From positions 341 through 64,340 of the forward strand of contig CAYMUG010000002.1 of the NCBI GenBank assembly GCA_964393575.1: DNA of 64,000 bases, given 5' to 3'. Origin of the DNA: an uncultured Candidatus Saccharibacteria bacterium. Lineage in GTDB: Bacteria > Patescibacteriota > Minisyncoccia > Spechtbacterales > 2-12-FULL-38-22. Both the position numbers and the translations under genes were made by a program. The notes beneath the pieces were generated by a model. That model searched no databases. It was not told the origin of the DNA and saw only the letters and a program-made list of their open reading frames with translations. Below are positions 1-9,689 of this stretch, piece after piece (positions within the stretch are counted from its first letter, which is position 1; each line of letters opens with the position of its first letter).

Positions 1-174
1 AAACATATACTGCGACCGCAGTATATGTTTCAACGACAGTTTTAGGAGATTCTTGATGTATACAATAAAAAAGGGCCTCCGCTGCAACTAATCTGCCGCC
101 TGCCTGCCGACAGGCAGGTAGTAGAAAAAGTTGCGGCGGAGGCCCGGGGCCTCAATCGGCAAAGAGTTAGAGGT

Positions 175-798
175 TCACTTCCGAGTCCGAGCGGACGCCA
201 CACCGATGAAGTCGTCGCGAAGGTCGTCCCATAGGTGGCGGACGAGGAGATTCCACCCATCGAAGAAGCCGACGTTGAAGCGGCAGCCGACCAAGTGCAC
301 GGACGATGTCCTCACGTATACGTTCGGAACGAGACGGATACCCCGAACCTTGGCGTAGGTGGTTAAGAACCACGTTGCTTCGGCCGCGTTTGGAACGCGC
401 TCGTTGCCGTTGAGGAGAGCCTGCTGTTCATCCCACGTCTTGTTGATGGAATTGGGAGCAGGATCCTTGTGGACGACGAGCCACGTTGCCCCGACCGTGT
501 CGGAGCGAGCGAACGTCTGGCGATTGTCCGTGAACCACGGATCGTTCTTACGGTAGAAGAAATCCGTCGAGAGTTCGTGGATGTCCAGAAAGTTCATCTC
601 GTTCGGCGGGCCGGGAAGAACGGCGAAGCCGTTGTCGCGCGCCCACCGGAGCACTTTTTCTTCAGGAAGTGTCCATGCAAGCTCTTCGAGCTGCGTTGCG
701 GTGTACGGGGCGTCATACGCTTCTGCGACCTCCAGTGGTCTAATGAAGTCGTTACCAAGGATGTCGAAAGCTGGCTGAAACGTTGGAATGGTAGCCAT
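175..798 (-). CDS. Hypothetical protein, probable C-type-lectin-fold DGR target (variable) protein
   Basis: 207-aa GC-rich ORF with SD (AAGGAAGGAG). The C-terminus ...WDDLRDDFIGVASARTRK is encoded mostly by NNC codons, and a GC hairpin lies just downstream. Confidence 0.55.
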   Translation of the reverse strand: MATIPTFQPAFDILGNDFIRPLEVAEAYDAPYTATQLEELAWTLPEEKVLRWARDNGFAVLPGPPNEMNFLDIHELSTDFFYRKNDPWFTDNRQTFARSDTVGATWLVVHKDPAPNSINKTWDEQQALLNGNERVPNAAEATWFLTTYAKVRGIRLVPNVYVRTSSVHLVGCRFNVGFFDGWNLLVRHLWDDLRDDFIGVASARTRK

Positions 799-962
799 CG
801 TATTTCTCCTTCCTTTTCTTTGCCGCGTTTAGTTCAGTGCTCGGGTGGTACCGCCTGAGCTTCGGTCTTGTCCTCGCATGAGGCGAGAGATATAGGAACT
901 ATGCTTAATTCTCATATCACCCGCCTCATTTTGAAGTTTAAAGGAACTTTATTGTTTTCTAA

Positions 963-991
963 ATTATATAATATTAAGTCAAGTGTGTCAA
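963..991 (-). promoter_or_regulatory. Sigma70-type promoter for 175..798
   Basis: TTGACA-17 nt-TATAAT on the minus strand. Confidence 0.75.
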
Positions 992-1049
992 GCTTTAGAA
1001 ATTACAAAGACAACGCAGATCCGCCCCTCGTTGTCCCAATATCATACAA

Positions 1050-1084
1050 AAAACTCGGCTCAACCATAGGTTGAGCCGAGTTTT
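1050..1084. repeat. REP-like palindrome / terminator, copy 1
   Basis: AAAACTCGGCTCAACC-ATA-GGTTGAGCCGAGTTTT; related copies at 16421, 23465 and 57080. Confidence 0.7.
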
Positions 1085-1138
1085 GGTTGTCTTAATGCCC
1101 GATTTATCAGCCATCGTTCATATGTAATCAGTCATATA

Positions 1139-1342
1139 TTATTCCTCTGCTTTATAATGATCTTTCAGGAGCTGGTTAAGCTCTTCTACGTGTTCTTCTT
1201 TATCTTTTTCCATCTTGTCCCAAAATTCCTTACATTGCGCGCAGTCACCGGCATCTTCTTTATAATGGTGTTTTATGCGCCACAAGCTTTTGCTTTCCAT
1301 TGTAAGCTGCTTCATTAGGTTGTAGAGGTGGTTGTGTAACAT
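1139..1342 (-). CDS. Small helical, possibly ferritin-like hypothetical protein
   Basis: 67 aa with CxxC and ExxH-like (EEH) residues. Confidence 0.6.
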   Translation of the reverse strand: MLHNHLYNLMKQLTMESKSLWRIKHHYKEDAGDCAQCKEFWDKMEKDKEEHVEELNQLLKDHYKAEE

Positions 1343-1348
1343 GGTTAG

Positions 1349-1505
1349 GTCGGCTCCGCCTCACAAAATACTTCAAACACTATAACTATGACTATGACAC
1401 AGCGCTCGTTGCGCGAGCGCATTAATTATCGCGCTTTGCCTGCCGGCAGGCAAAGCGCGATAATGTCATGGTTATGGTCATTATAATGGTGCGAGCGAAG
1501 CGAGT
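1349..1505 (-). repeat. Structured leader element (hairpin family)
   Basis: Sense 5' arm ACTCGCTTCGCTCGC, 3' arm GTGAGGCGGAGCCGAC, then 6 nt and ATG; internal hexamer repeats and a GCCTGCCGGCAGGC palindrome. Confidence 0.7.
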
Positions 1506-1539
1506 TGTTAATTATAATCCAATCTTATTATAAAGTTGT

Positions 1540-2523
1540 TTACCTCAGGCGTGAACCTATAATTTGTGGATGGCCTTTTAAAAATTCTTCGGATTTTACA
1601 GGATTTTTGCCCTCAAGTTGCACTTCTTCGGGGACAAAAATACCTTCTCCTGCCTGCACAGCGAATGAATTTTTGTATTTTTTAACAATACCCCGGGAAG
1701 AAGATTTTTTTTGACTTTCAGGGAATTCCGCGCGGCCGTTTAATATTTTAAGTTTTCTATTATTCCAATCAGTATAAATTCCGGGCCAAGGGGTAAAAGC
1801 GCGTAATTTCCTTTCTATAGTTAAGGCGGAACCTGTCCAATCAATTTTTCCGTGGTCACGCAAAATAACACCTGAATACGTAGCGTTTTGATGGTCCTGG
1901 TCCTGAGGGTCTATATTGCCGGAAACCCATTCGGGTATAGTTTCTATGAGCAATTCACCGCCTACGTGCGCTAATACATCACGTAATTCCGGAGCGGTAA
2001 TGTTATCCATTGTTTTATTTTTGTATTTTTGATGGTCGGCATTTGGTAATTCCAAAAGTTGTTGTGCAACTAGCGGTCCGTGGTCTATTTTTTCATCCAT
2101 TAAAATGATACTCACCCCCGTAACTTCATCTCCGTGCAGAATTGTATATTGAATGGGGGAAGGACCACGCCAACGAGGCAAGAGAGAGGGATGAACATTT
2201 AATGTTCCGTGTTCCGGGGCATCTAAAATTTTTTTGGGTAAAATTTTGCCATAATCAGCTACTATAAATAGTGAGTTGTGAGTAGCGATTAGTGAGTGAA
2301 AATCATCATCAAATTTCTCAGGTTGAGTTACTTTTATGCCTTCTTTTTCTGCCGTCAGTTTTACAGGAGGAGAAGTTAACTCCTTTTTTCTGCCGGTAGG
2401 TTTATCGGGCGTGGTCACAACCAAGCCCGGCTTATAACCGTTTTCTATGAGATGTTTTAGAATGATATCGGCAAATTCGGCGGTGCCGAAGAAGATAATG
2501 TTTATTTTATTCGTTTCACTCAT
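1540..2523 (-). CDS. fmt: Methionyl-tRNA formyltransferase
   Basis: FFGTAEFA, PDKPTGRK and NVHPSLLPRWRGPSPIQ motifs; adjacent to def; start moved to MSETNK. Confidence 0.95.
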   Translation of the reverse strand: MSETNKINIIFFGTAEFADIILKHLIENGYKPGLVVTTPDKPTGRKKELTSPPVKLTAEKEGIKVTQPEKFDDDFHSLIATHNSLFIVADYGKILPKKILDAPEHGTLNVHPSLLPRWRGPSPIQYTILHGDEVTGVSIILMDEKIDHGPLVAQQLLELPNADHQKYKNKTMDNITAPELRDVLAHVGGELLIETIPEWVSGNIDPQDQDHQNATYSGVILRDHGKIDWTGSALTIERKLRAFTPWPGIYTDWNNRKLKILNGRAEFPESQKKSSSRGIVKKYKNSFAVQAGEGIFVPEEVQLEGKNPVKSEEFLKGHPQIIGSRLR

Positions 2524-2529
2524 AAAATA

Positions 2530-2627
2530 GTTACAAGTAACCTGTAACTCGTAACCAGTACAGGAAAGCACCTTCGGTGCTTTGATTTTAGTTCGTTACT
2601 TATTACTTGTTACAGATTACGATTAGA
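2530..2627. repeat. Heptamer-repeat hairpin with CTTCGG loop
   Basis: GTAAC/GTTAC heptamers flank AAAGCACCTTCGGTGCTTT; an inverted relative lies at 60762-60843. Confidence 0.65.
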
Positions 2628-2649
2628 GAAGGGCCGAGGACGGGGTGGT

Positions 2650-3153
2650 TTAGATCCGCTCTGTAAACAGCACTCCGTTTAGATGGTCGGTTTCATGCTG
2701 AAATATACGAGCAAGGAGTCCCGTTGCCTCTACGGTAAATTTGCGTCCATCTTCATTTTGCGCTCTCAGGGTTACTTTATATGATCGGGGAGTAGGGTGA
2801 TATTTGCCTTTAATACTTAAACAACCTTCCTCTACTACCTCTTTATCTTCGCTGTATTCAATAATTTCCGGATTTATATAAACAGAAGGTTGTAGTGGTT
2901 TGAGTAATGATGCAGGAATAAAAATTGTCCTAACTTTAGGCGCGTATTCTTCGGGTATAACAAATACGCTTTTACTTACATTTATTTGAGGTGCAGCTAA
3001 GCCAGCCCCGTCTTCAGCACGCAGGGTTTTTCTCATTTCTTTTATTAAATTTTGAAGGTCAGGACTGTTAAAATCCGTTATTTTTTCTGCGGTTTTATGG
3101 AGAATGGGGTTGGGGTCCTGAACTACCTCCCTGATTTTATTCGTTTCGTTCAT
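2650..3153 (-). CDS. def: Peptide deformylase
   Basis: GAGLAAPQI, EGCLS and QHETDHLNG motifs. Confidence 0.96.
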   Translation of the reverse strand: MNETNKIREVVQDPNPILHKTAEKITDFNSPDLQNLIKEMRKTLRAEDGAGLAAPQINVSKSVFVIPEEYAPKVRTIFIPASLLKPLQPSVYINPEIIEYSEDKEVVEEGCLSIKGKYHPTPRSYKVTLRAQNEDGRKFTVEATGLLARIFQHETDHLNGVLFTERI

Positions 3154-3205
3154 AAAATAATTTTGAATCGAAAATTAATGAGTCACGCTAAACGTAGCGA
3201 ATTTA

Positions 3206-5098
3206 TTATACCGCATCTTCGGGATCCACGTCTATATCCCAGTCAGAGGGAATTACACGCAGCATCCCGTTTCTTAGTTTTAGGTTTTTATCTTTTCCGG
3301 GCCATTTAATAAGCATATACCAGCTATGTTTACTAGCGACAGTCGGAGAGGGACCCAGTATTTGAATTTTGTTATGCCTCGCGGTAGTTGAATTTTGAGC
3401 TTTCAACTGTTCTATTTGGGTTTCTATTTTTTTCCGCAGAACCTTTGCTTCGTTTTCGGCCTTTTCTGGATTTTTATGGGTGTAACTTAATTTTATAAGC
3501 TGGGAGTAAGGAGGATAATTAAGAGCTTTTCTCTTTTTCAATTCTTCGGAAAAGAATTTTTCAAAATCCTTTTCTTTTGCGTGTTTAAATACATCCATAT
3601 CGGGGTGATACGTTTGTATAATACAATTTTTCTTTGCGATATATTTAAGATGCCACAGTATATTAAATACTTGTTCTTCAGCGTTGTACATAGGAAGGGT
3701 GAGTATTGCATCCTGCATTACCGACGCAGTGATATCAACATCCGGAAGAAGTGAAGGTTTTAAGGCAATATGTGTTCCTATAAGCACGTCCGCCTCATTC
3801 TTAAATGCCCGGAATGCATTATCACGATCTTTTTGAGTGGGTGCAGAATCGGAATCAAGGCGCACTGTTTTTAATTCCGGCATCAGCTTATTTATTTCTT
3901 CAGCAATTTTTTGTGTACCCCCTCCTAATTGTTTAATTCTATAACCTTTACATTTTTCACATACCTGCGGAGGAGTTGTTTTTTTACCACAATGATGGCA
4001 AATAAGCACATGTCCTTTGTGTAATACTAATGCTTTTTCACACTCTGAACATTCTTTGACAAACCCGCAATCTCTGCATACCAAGGCAGACGCCAACCCC
4101 CGTCTGTTTATAAAAAGCAGGGCTTTTTCTCCTGTGTTCATTGTTTTAAGTTGGTTTTGTAGATCTATACTTAGTAAGGAGGTGTTCTTTTCTTTAAGTT
4201 CATTACTCATATCTATGACGCGGGGAGAAACAGTACGGGGCATTTCTTTGTGTATCTCCCATCTTTCTTCATGCGCTTTTTTATATAGTTCCAGAGTAGG
4301 TAAAATATCACCGGTTATAAAATCAGCACCCCTTTTTTCGGCAATTACTCTGCTCACGTATCTTGCATCTATTTTAGGGTGTTGAGTATCCGATTTGTGG
4401 GAAGAATTATTATTTTCATCAAGTATAACAGCACTTAATTTTCTCATAGGAGAGAATATTACCGAGCGTGTACCTGCTAAGTTATTTATTTCTCCTTTGT
4501 ATGATCCTTCCCATAAATTGCGCCACCGGTTGCGCCCGGCATTTTTAGGCAGGGTTTCTACATCTTTTAAAATATTTTTTGCGTTTTTCAGGTTGTAATA
4601 CTCCGGAAAAATTAATAAATTTCCGTCGTCCCCTATATATTTTTTGTAAAGTTTGTTTTTGTGCGGCGATATGATTAGACGTTTTTTAGAAGAGGTTTTA
4701 TTTGTTGCAAACACCGGCTCCGGCAAATCTTCTAACATTTTTAGAAGCGGTTTTGTGGGGGTAGAAAAAAATGGAGGTAACATTCTCTGCATCATAAGTC
4801 CTACCGGTGTATAATAATAGTCCGCCAGATGAACTGCTAAATCCAAAAATTCTTTGCAGAAGATAGGTTTTTTAACTACTGCACGATTAATCTTTTTTAG
4901 TGTAAAACCCGCTTTTCTTATCTCTTGCTTTGCATTTTCCGCCTCCTGCTCTCTGTATATTATACCTTGTATATTTCTTTTACCCACCGGAGCTTCAATA
5001 ATCTGACCTGTATAAAATTTATTCACACTGAAATATGTAAGCATCTGCATGTGGGGGCGCGGTAATTTTGTTAAAGGTATGATTTTATATATATACAT
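3206..5098 (-). CDS. priA: Primosomal protein N' with degenerate helicase motifs
   Basis: N-terminal 3'-binding domain, NRRG, four CxxC pairs, GGGTQK, YPPY; probable start MYIYKI. Confidence 0.88.
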   Translation of the reverse strand: MYIYKIIPLTKLPRPHMQMLTYFSVNKFYTGQIIEAPVGKRNIQGIIYREQEAENAKQEIRKAGFTLKKINRAVVKKPIFCKEFLDLAVHLADYYYTPVGLMMQRMLPPFFSTPTKPLLKMLEDLPEPVFATNKTSSKKRLIISPHKNKLYKKYIGDDGNLLIFPEYYNLKNAKNILKDVETLPKNAGRNRWRNLWEGSYKGEINNLAGTRSVIFSPMRKLSAVILDENNNSSHKSDTQHPKIDARYVSRVIAEKRGADFITGDILPTLELYKKAHEERWEIHKEMPRTVSPRVIDMSNELKEKNTSLLSIDLQNQLKTMNTGEKALLFINRRGLASALVCRDCGFVKECSECEKALVLHKGHVLICHHCGKKTTPPQVCEKCKGYRIKQLGGGTQKIAEEINKLMPELKTVRLDSDSAPTQKDRDNAFRAFKNEADVLIGTHIALKPSLLPDVDITASVMQDAILTLPMYNAEEQVFNILWHLKYIAKKNCIIQTYHPDMDVFKHAKEKDFEKFFSEELKKRKALNYPPYSQLIKLSYTHKNPEKAENEAKVLRKKIETQIEQLKAQNSTTARHNKIQILGPSPTVASKHSWYMLIKWPGKDKNLKLRNGMLRVIPSDWDIDVDPEDAV

Positions 5099-5276
5099 AC
5101 GAGCAACGGTATTTCTGTGTTTATATCTTATCATATTTCCACATTGTATTTTGTATACGACATCCTAATATGCTATAATATATTTAAGGAATTACAATTA
5201 ATGTTTACAAGCTCGCTTTACTTGTAGTTTCAACAAGACATTTGCTATTCGGTATAGCGGGCTTACAAATTAATCT

Positions 5277-5507
5277 ATGAGTGTAGTATTTTGGGTACTA
5301 GTAGTCATACTTGTTCTTGCCGCCGGAGCTTATTGGTGGTTCTTCATGCGAAAAGGAGGCGGTAATAAAGAACGTGTAGATTTTAAGGAAGAAGGTAAGT
5401 CTTCTTCACAGGAAGGAAGCCAAAAACAGGACATGGGAGGAGAGAAGAGCTCAACTGATCAAGGAGGTGATGACAACAAACAACAGCCTGGTCAGCCGGG
5501 TATGTAA
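5277..5507 (+). CDS. Small single-TM protein with polar tail
   Basis: N-terminal hydrophobic helix; followed by a terminator. Confidence 0.65.
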   Translation: MSVVFWVLVVILVLAAGAYWWFFMRKGGGNKERVDFKEEGKSSSQEGSQKQDMGGEKSSTDQGGDDNKQQPGQPGM

Positions 5508-5520
5508 TCAGAAATCTTAC

Positions 5521-5551
5521 AAAAAACCCCCGAGTACATCGGGGGTTTTTT
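5521..5551 (+). terminator. Intrinsic terminator
   Basis: AAAAAACCCCCGA-GTACA-TCGGGGGTTTTTT. Confidence 0.8.
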
Positions 5552-5589
5552 GTTGGCAAAAAACGTAAAATGGTATAATGTTATATATT

Positions 5590-6531
5590 ATGCCTGATAT
5601 AGCCCCACAAGTTATAGTTGTTGTACTAAACTGGAATAACGCTGAAGATACTTTGCAATGTTTAGAGTCCTTGAAGCAAGTTGAATACCAAAGTTTTAAA
5701 GTTATAGTTGTGGACAACGGTTCTAATGATGATTCTCCTAAGGAAATAAAAAGTTTTCTCTACCAAACAAATGCTTATACTTCAGAATTTATCCAGAACT
5801 CCGAAAATTTAGGGTATGGCGGGGGAAATAATGAAGGGATAAGGATTGCTTTGAGAAAAGGGGCGGAATATGTTTTGATTTTAAATAACGATGTATCAGT
5901 TTCCCCCAGGTTTATCAATAAATTAGTAGAAGTAGCTGAGGCCAGAAAAAAAGCAGGGGTTTTGGCACCCTCTATATATTATAAGCGGGAACCTGAAATT
6001 TTGTGGTACGGAGGCCAAGCGCATATCAATTGGAAGAAGGTAGATAAAGAAATGATTAATATGTCTCTTGAAGGTAAAGAGCTTCCGGAGAATGCGCAGG
6101 TCAGGAGGACTGAATTTGTAACCGGAGCTTGTATGTTTGTAAGGAGAGCGGTTTTTGAAGAAGTAGGATTGTTTAGGGATGATTATTTTTTGTATTTTGA
6201 AGATGCTGATTTTTCTGAACGGGTAAAAAGTTCGGGGTGGAATTTGGTGTGGGTGCCCCATGCTAAAGTATGGCACAAGGTTTCGGCGACCAGTAGGGCG
6301 AGTTTGGGTGCGCCGAATATGAACTATTATAATACAAGAAACTCTATGTTGTTTGTGCGGAGGCATGGACCGGCTTGGGCAGGGTGGTATATACATTTGT
6401 GGGCTTACTTAAAATATATTAAACAAATAACTAAGCTTGTATTTTCCAGAAAATATAACCCGGAAACATCCAGGGCTGTATTAAGAGCAATAAAGGATTA
6501 CTATGGAAACAACTTAGGCAAATATAGTTAA
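5590..6531 (+). CDS. Glycosyltransferase family 2
   Basis: VVLNWN, VDNGS, NLGYGGGNN, LNND and FLYFEDAD motifs; extended -10 TGGTATAAT just upstream. Confidence 0.92.
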   Translation: MPDIAPQVIVVVLNWNNAEDTLQCLESLKQVEYQSFKVIVVDNGSNDDSPKEIKSFLYQTNAYTSEFIQNSENLGYGGGNNEGIRIALRKGAEYVLILNNDVSVSPRFINKLVEVAEARKKAGVLAPSIYYKREPEILWYGGQAHINWKKVDKEMINMSLEGKELPENAQVRRTEFVTGACMFVRRAVFEEVGLFRDDYFLYFEDADFSERVKSSGWNLVWVPHAKVWHKVSATSRASLGAPNMNYYNTRNSMLFVRRHGPAWAGWYIHLWAYLKYIKQITKLVFSRKYNPETSRAVLRAIKDYYGNNLGKYS

Positions 6532-6654
6532 GCTCACTCCGTTCCGACTTAACGTAGGAACTCCGTTCACACTATTACAATAACCATAACCATTACATTA
6601 TTGCGCGAAGCGCAATAATTCACAATTCTTGATTCATGATTCTTAATTCTTTTT

Positions 6655-7815
6655 ATGAGCGCAGCGAATAAAATAAAAGTAGCCATAGATTGCCATAAAT
6701 TAGAAGATAAAACCGGAGCCCATAGAGCCGGTATAGGCAGACATCTATACCGTTTTCTTGAAGAGGCATCAAAACAAAAAGAACTTGAAGGCAAATTCAA
6801 ATTTTATTTGTATTTTAAAAGCGGAGTACCAAAAGACATACCTTTTTTGCAGGAGAAAATATTTGTTAACAAAGTAGCAAAACTACCTTTCTTTTTTCCG
6901 TTTTTCCGCCCCTCTTTTAATGTATTTTTTCATATAGCTATACCTATTTTAGCGTTAAAAGACAGAATAGACGTTGCGTTTTTCGCTTCGTTTATGCACC
7001 CCGCATTTTATATAGGCAAAACCGCAGTTGTTTTGACAAACGATATCTACTATGAATCCTCGCAACGCAGTCAACCGCTAAAATACCGCATAGGTTATAA
7101 ACTTTTTGCCACGTGGGCAGCCAAACGAGCTACAACCATAACCACGCAAACATATGCATCACGCAAAGAAATATCCAGATGTTATAATGTGCCTGAAGAT
7201 AAAATTATAGTTGTGCCTTTGGGGGCGGATTTTACAGAATTTACGCCGGAGGATAACGAAAAAGACAACTATATTTTATATGTGGGTCAAGCGTTCCCAC
7301 GTCGACATCTTCGCGAAACTATAAATGCGTTCAGGATTATTGCACCTGAATTTCCTCAACTGAAATTTATTGCAGTAGGATTAGATAAGTATAATCCTCC
7401 CATCATCGATGATTTGGCAAAAAAAACCAACAAAGAACTGGGGGAGGAAAGGGTGATAAGGAAAGAATCTGTTTCCGACGAAGAATTAAAGGAATTATAT
7501 AGAAAGGCACAAACATTTGTATATATTTCTTCTTCGGAAGCAATGGGCTTACCTCCACTTGAAGCCCTCGCTTCCGGCACTGTTCCTGTCGTTGCTGATA
7601 CACCCACTACCAATGAAATATTTGAAGATAAAGCGTTTTTTGTAGAGAATACAGAAAGCCCCCCAGCAATAGCGGAAAAAATAAAGAGATCAATTACAGA
7701 TAATGATAGAAGAAATTATATTCTGCAGAACAAAGATAAGATTTTACAAAAGTACACATGGAAAAAACACACCGATAAAATGTTGGAATTATTTAAGCAT
7801 ACCGTTCAAAAATAA
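6655..7815 (+). CDS. Glycosyltransferase family 4 (GT-B)
   Basis: EAMGLPPLEA (EX7E) motif, ILYVG. Confidence 0.9.
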   Translation: MSAANKIKVAIDCHKLEDKTGAHRAGIGRHLYRFLEEASKQKELEGKFKFYLYFKSGVPKDIPFLQEKIFVNKVAKLPFFFPFFRPSFNVFFHIAIPILALKDRIDVAFFASFMHPAFYIGKTAVVLTNDIYYESSQRSQPLKYRIGYKLFATWAAKRATTITTQTYASRKEISRCYNVPEDKIIVVPLGADFTEFTPEDNEKDNYILYVGQAFPRRHLRETINAFRIIAPEFPQLKFIAVGLDKYNPPIIDDLAKKTNKELGEERVIRKESVSDEELKELYRKAQTFVYISSSEAMGLPPLEALASGTVPVVADTPTTNEIFEDKAFFVENTESPPAIAEKIKRSITDNDRRNYILQNKDKILQKYTWKKHTDKMLELFKHTVQK

Positions 7816-9413
7816 TGAAAAATCTTTTCACTAAACAAAACATTATATTTTCTGCATCATTAGCACTTGTTGTGTTAACAGGGTTAGGTATTATTCCCCG
7901 TTTTGCCGCGTTTTTAGTTTTAGGTTTGTATCTTTTTTACCTTGTTTTTGCCCCTCTAAACAGAGGAGTGGAAATATTTTTACGCTCAATCCCTATTTTT
8001 ATAGCTTTGCCAATAACCGAGTCCTTCGATAATTTTAATATGTGGCGCTTGCTTTTATTGGTGTTATTTTTGAAATGGGCTTGGGAGGTAAATATTTTTA
8101 GGATGTTGAGACGCGGACTGGATAAGCTTTTATACGGAGGTCTGAATATAAGAAAATATAGCATTGAGTTTTTCGGAATTTTATTTTTCGTATTTGCAGG
8201 TATTTCTGTTTTTGTAGCTTTGGACACAACAGCTGCTGTAAAACGCCTTATTTATCTTGCAAACGGGGCCTTCTTATTTATCATTACAGTTTCATTAATA
8301 AGAAGTAACAAAAATTATCTCAATGGTTTTCTCAAAAATTTTGCTTATTCGGGTATTCTGGTTGTTGTCATAGGGTTTGTACAATTTATTTCCGCTTACT
8401 TTACTCAGCCGTGGATTTTTCATTACTGGTGGGGGCAAGTCGTAAGCTTAAATTTATACGGCAGGGAATGGGCTGATATTGTTACATTTTTCGGAAATAC
8501 ATGGTTTAGTTATTCAGGGGACACTCTGCGTCTGCGAATGTTCAGTATTTTCCCGGACTCTCACTCTTTCCCGTTGTACGTAATTATGACAATACCCGGT
8601 CTTTTGTATATGGTTTCCCGCAAACTATCTGAATTTAAAAATTATATATCAAGCAAAAATTATAAATTTAAGCTCATACGTTTTTTCAAATCAAGGAGGA
8701 ATTTATTTTTTGTTTTCGGTTTTGCCTTGATGAATTTAGCCCTAATTTTATCCGGAACCCGGGGTATCTGGGTAAGCGGACCGTTAGCTGCGCTAACGTT
8801 TTTACTTTTTTGGAAATTTAAAACAGATAAACGCTTCACTAAAGTTGCCACCGCCTGGCTAACTGTGTTTTTAATTATGTTTGCGGCATATTTTCTAATA
8901 GTATCATTTCCGCAATTTCAGGATACGGAATTCAGCTCTTCAGCTACCGTATCCAGAATCAAAAGTATTACTGATTTCGGAGAGATATCCAATAAGGGGC
9001 GTATAAATATATGGCAAAAAACACTAAGCTTTACAGTGAAAAGCCCTGTATGGGGTACCGGTATAGGAAATTATCCGCTTGTTCTCTATGAGCCGCAGTC
9101 GGCTATGCAGGCGGGTGCCAGTGCCCATAATATATATTTGCATATAGCGTCCACTATTGGCATTTTTGGCTTGTTGGCGTTTTTGGGTTATATTTTTGAA
9201 ATTGTACGAAGGGGTATTATATATATAAAAAATAACCCACGCACGCAAGAAGGGTTGTATGCTGCCTTGACCCTTTTTGCGTTAGCGTGGGTGGGGGCAT
9301 ATCTTATGACTGACGCTACGCTTTATGACGGGCGGGCGCTACTTGCTTTTATGGCATTTACGGGCATAATTACAGGCCTCCTGTCTCAGCCCATTAAAAG
9401 AACTAACAACTAA
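7815..9413 (+). CDS. O-antigen ligase/polymerase family membrane protein
   Basis: Multiple TM helices; SGTRG, GRINIW, GTGIGNY and AHNIYL motifs. Confidence 0.85.
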   Translation: MKNLFTKQNIIFSASLALVVLTGLGIIPRFAAFLVLGLYLFYLVFAPLNRGVEIFLRSIPIFIALPITESFDNFNMWRLLLLVLFLKWAWEVNIFRMLRRGLDKLLYGGLNIRKYSIEFFGILFFVFAGISVFVALDTTAAVKRLIYLANGAFLFIITVSLIRSNKNYLNGFLKNFAYSGILVVVIGFVQFISAYFTQPWIFHYWWGQVVSLNLYGREWADIVTFFGNTWFSYSGDTLRLRMFSIFPDSHSFPLYVIMTIPGLLYMVSRKLSEFKNYISSKNYKFKLIRFFKSRRNLFFVFGFALMNLALILSGTRGIWVSGPLAALTFLLFWKFKTDKRFTKVATAWLTVFLIMFAAYFLIVSFPQFQDTEFSSSATVSRIKSITDFGEISNKGRINIWQKTLSFTVKSPVWGTGIGNYPLVLYEPQSAMQAGASAHNIYLHIASTIGIFGLLAFLGYIFEIVRRGIIYIKNNPRTQEGLYAALTLFALAWVGAYLMTDATLYDGRALLAFMAFTGIITGLLSQPIKRTNN

Positions 9414-9689
9414 TAACCGACAACCCACAACTAACAACTAACAACTAACAACAAATGACAAATGACAAAAGAACAGATTAACAGATTAACATAATAAAAA
9501 TCCTAAATTCTAATACCTAAATCCTAAACAAATTCAAAATTCAAATGTTCTAAATTCTAAACCGTTTTGAATTTTATATTTTAGTCATTTGATATTGTTT
9601 AGAGTTTAGTGTCGTTTTGAAATTAGAATTTTGTGAAAGCAGTAAACCCTGCACCTGTTCCTTCGGAAAGGTGAGGGACAGATAAAATT
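9412..9689 (+). repeat. Intergenic heptamer-repeat / hairpin region
   Basis: Tandem CTAACAA and ATGACAA units, then AAATTC(T/A)-type heptamers with complementary AGAATTT/GAATTTT units. Confidence 0.7.

Noticed and set aside
131-1074. Plus-strand ORFs here and the many antisense ORFs within long genes
   Set aside because: Shadow ORFs without motifs or translation signals.
9412-9630. Possible CRISPR array
   Set aside because: Units are 7-10-nt degenerate tandem repeats with no unique spacers, and no cas genes are present.
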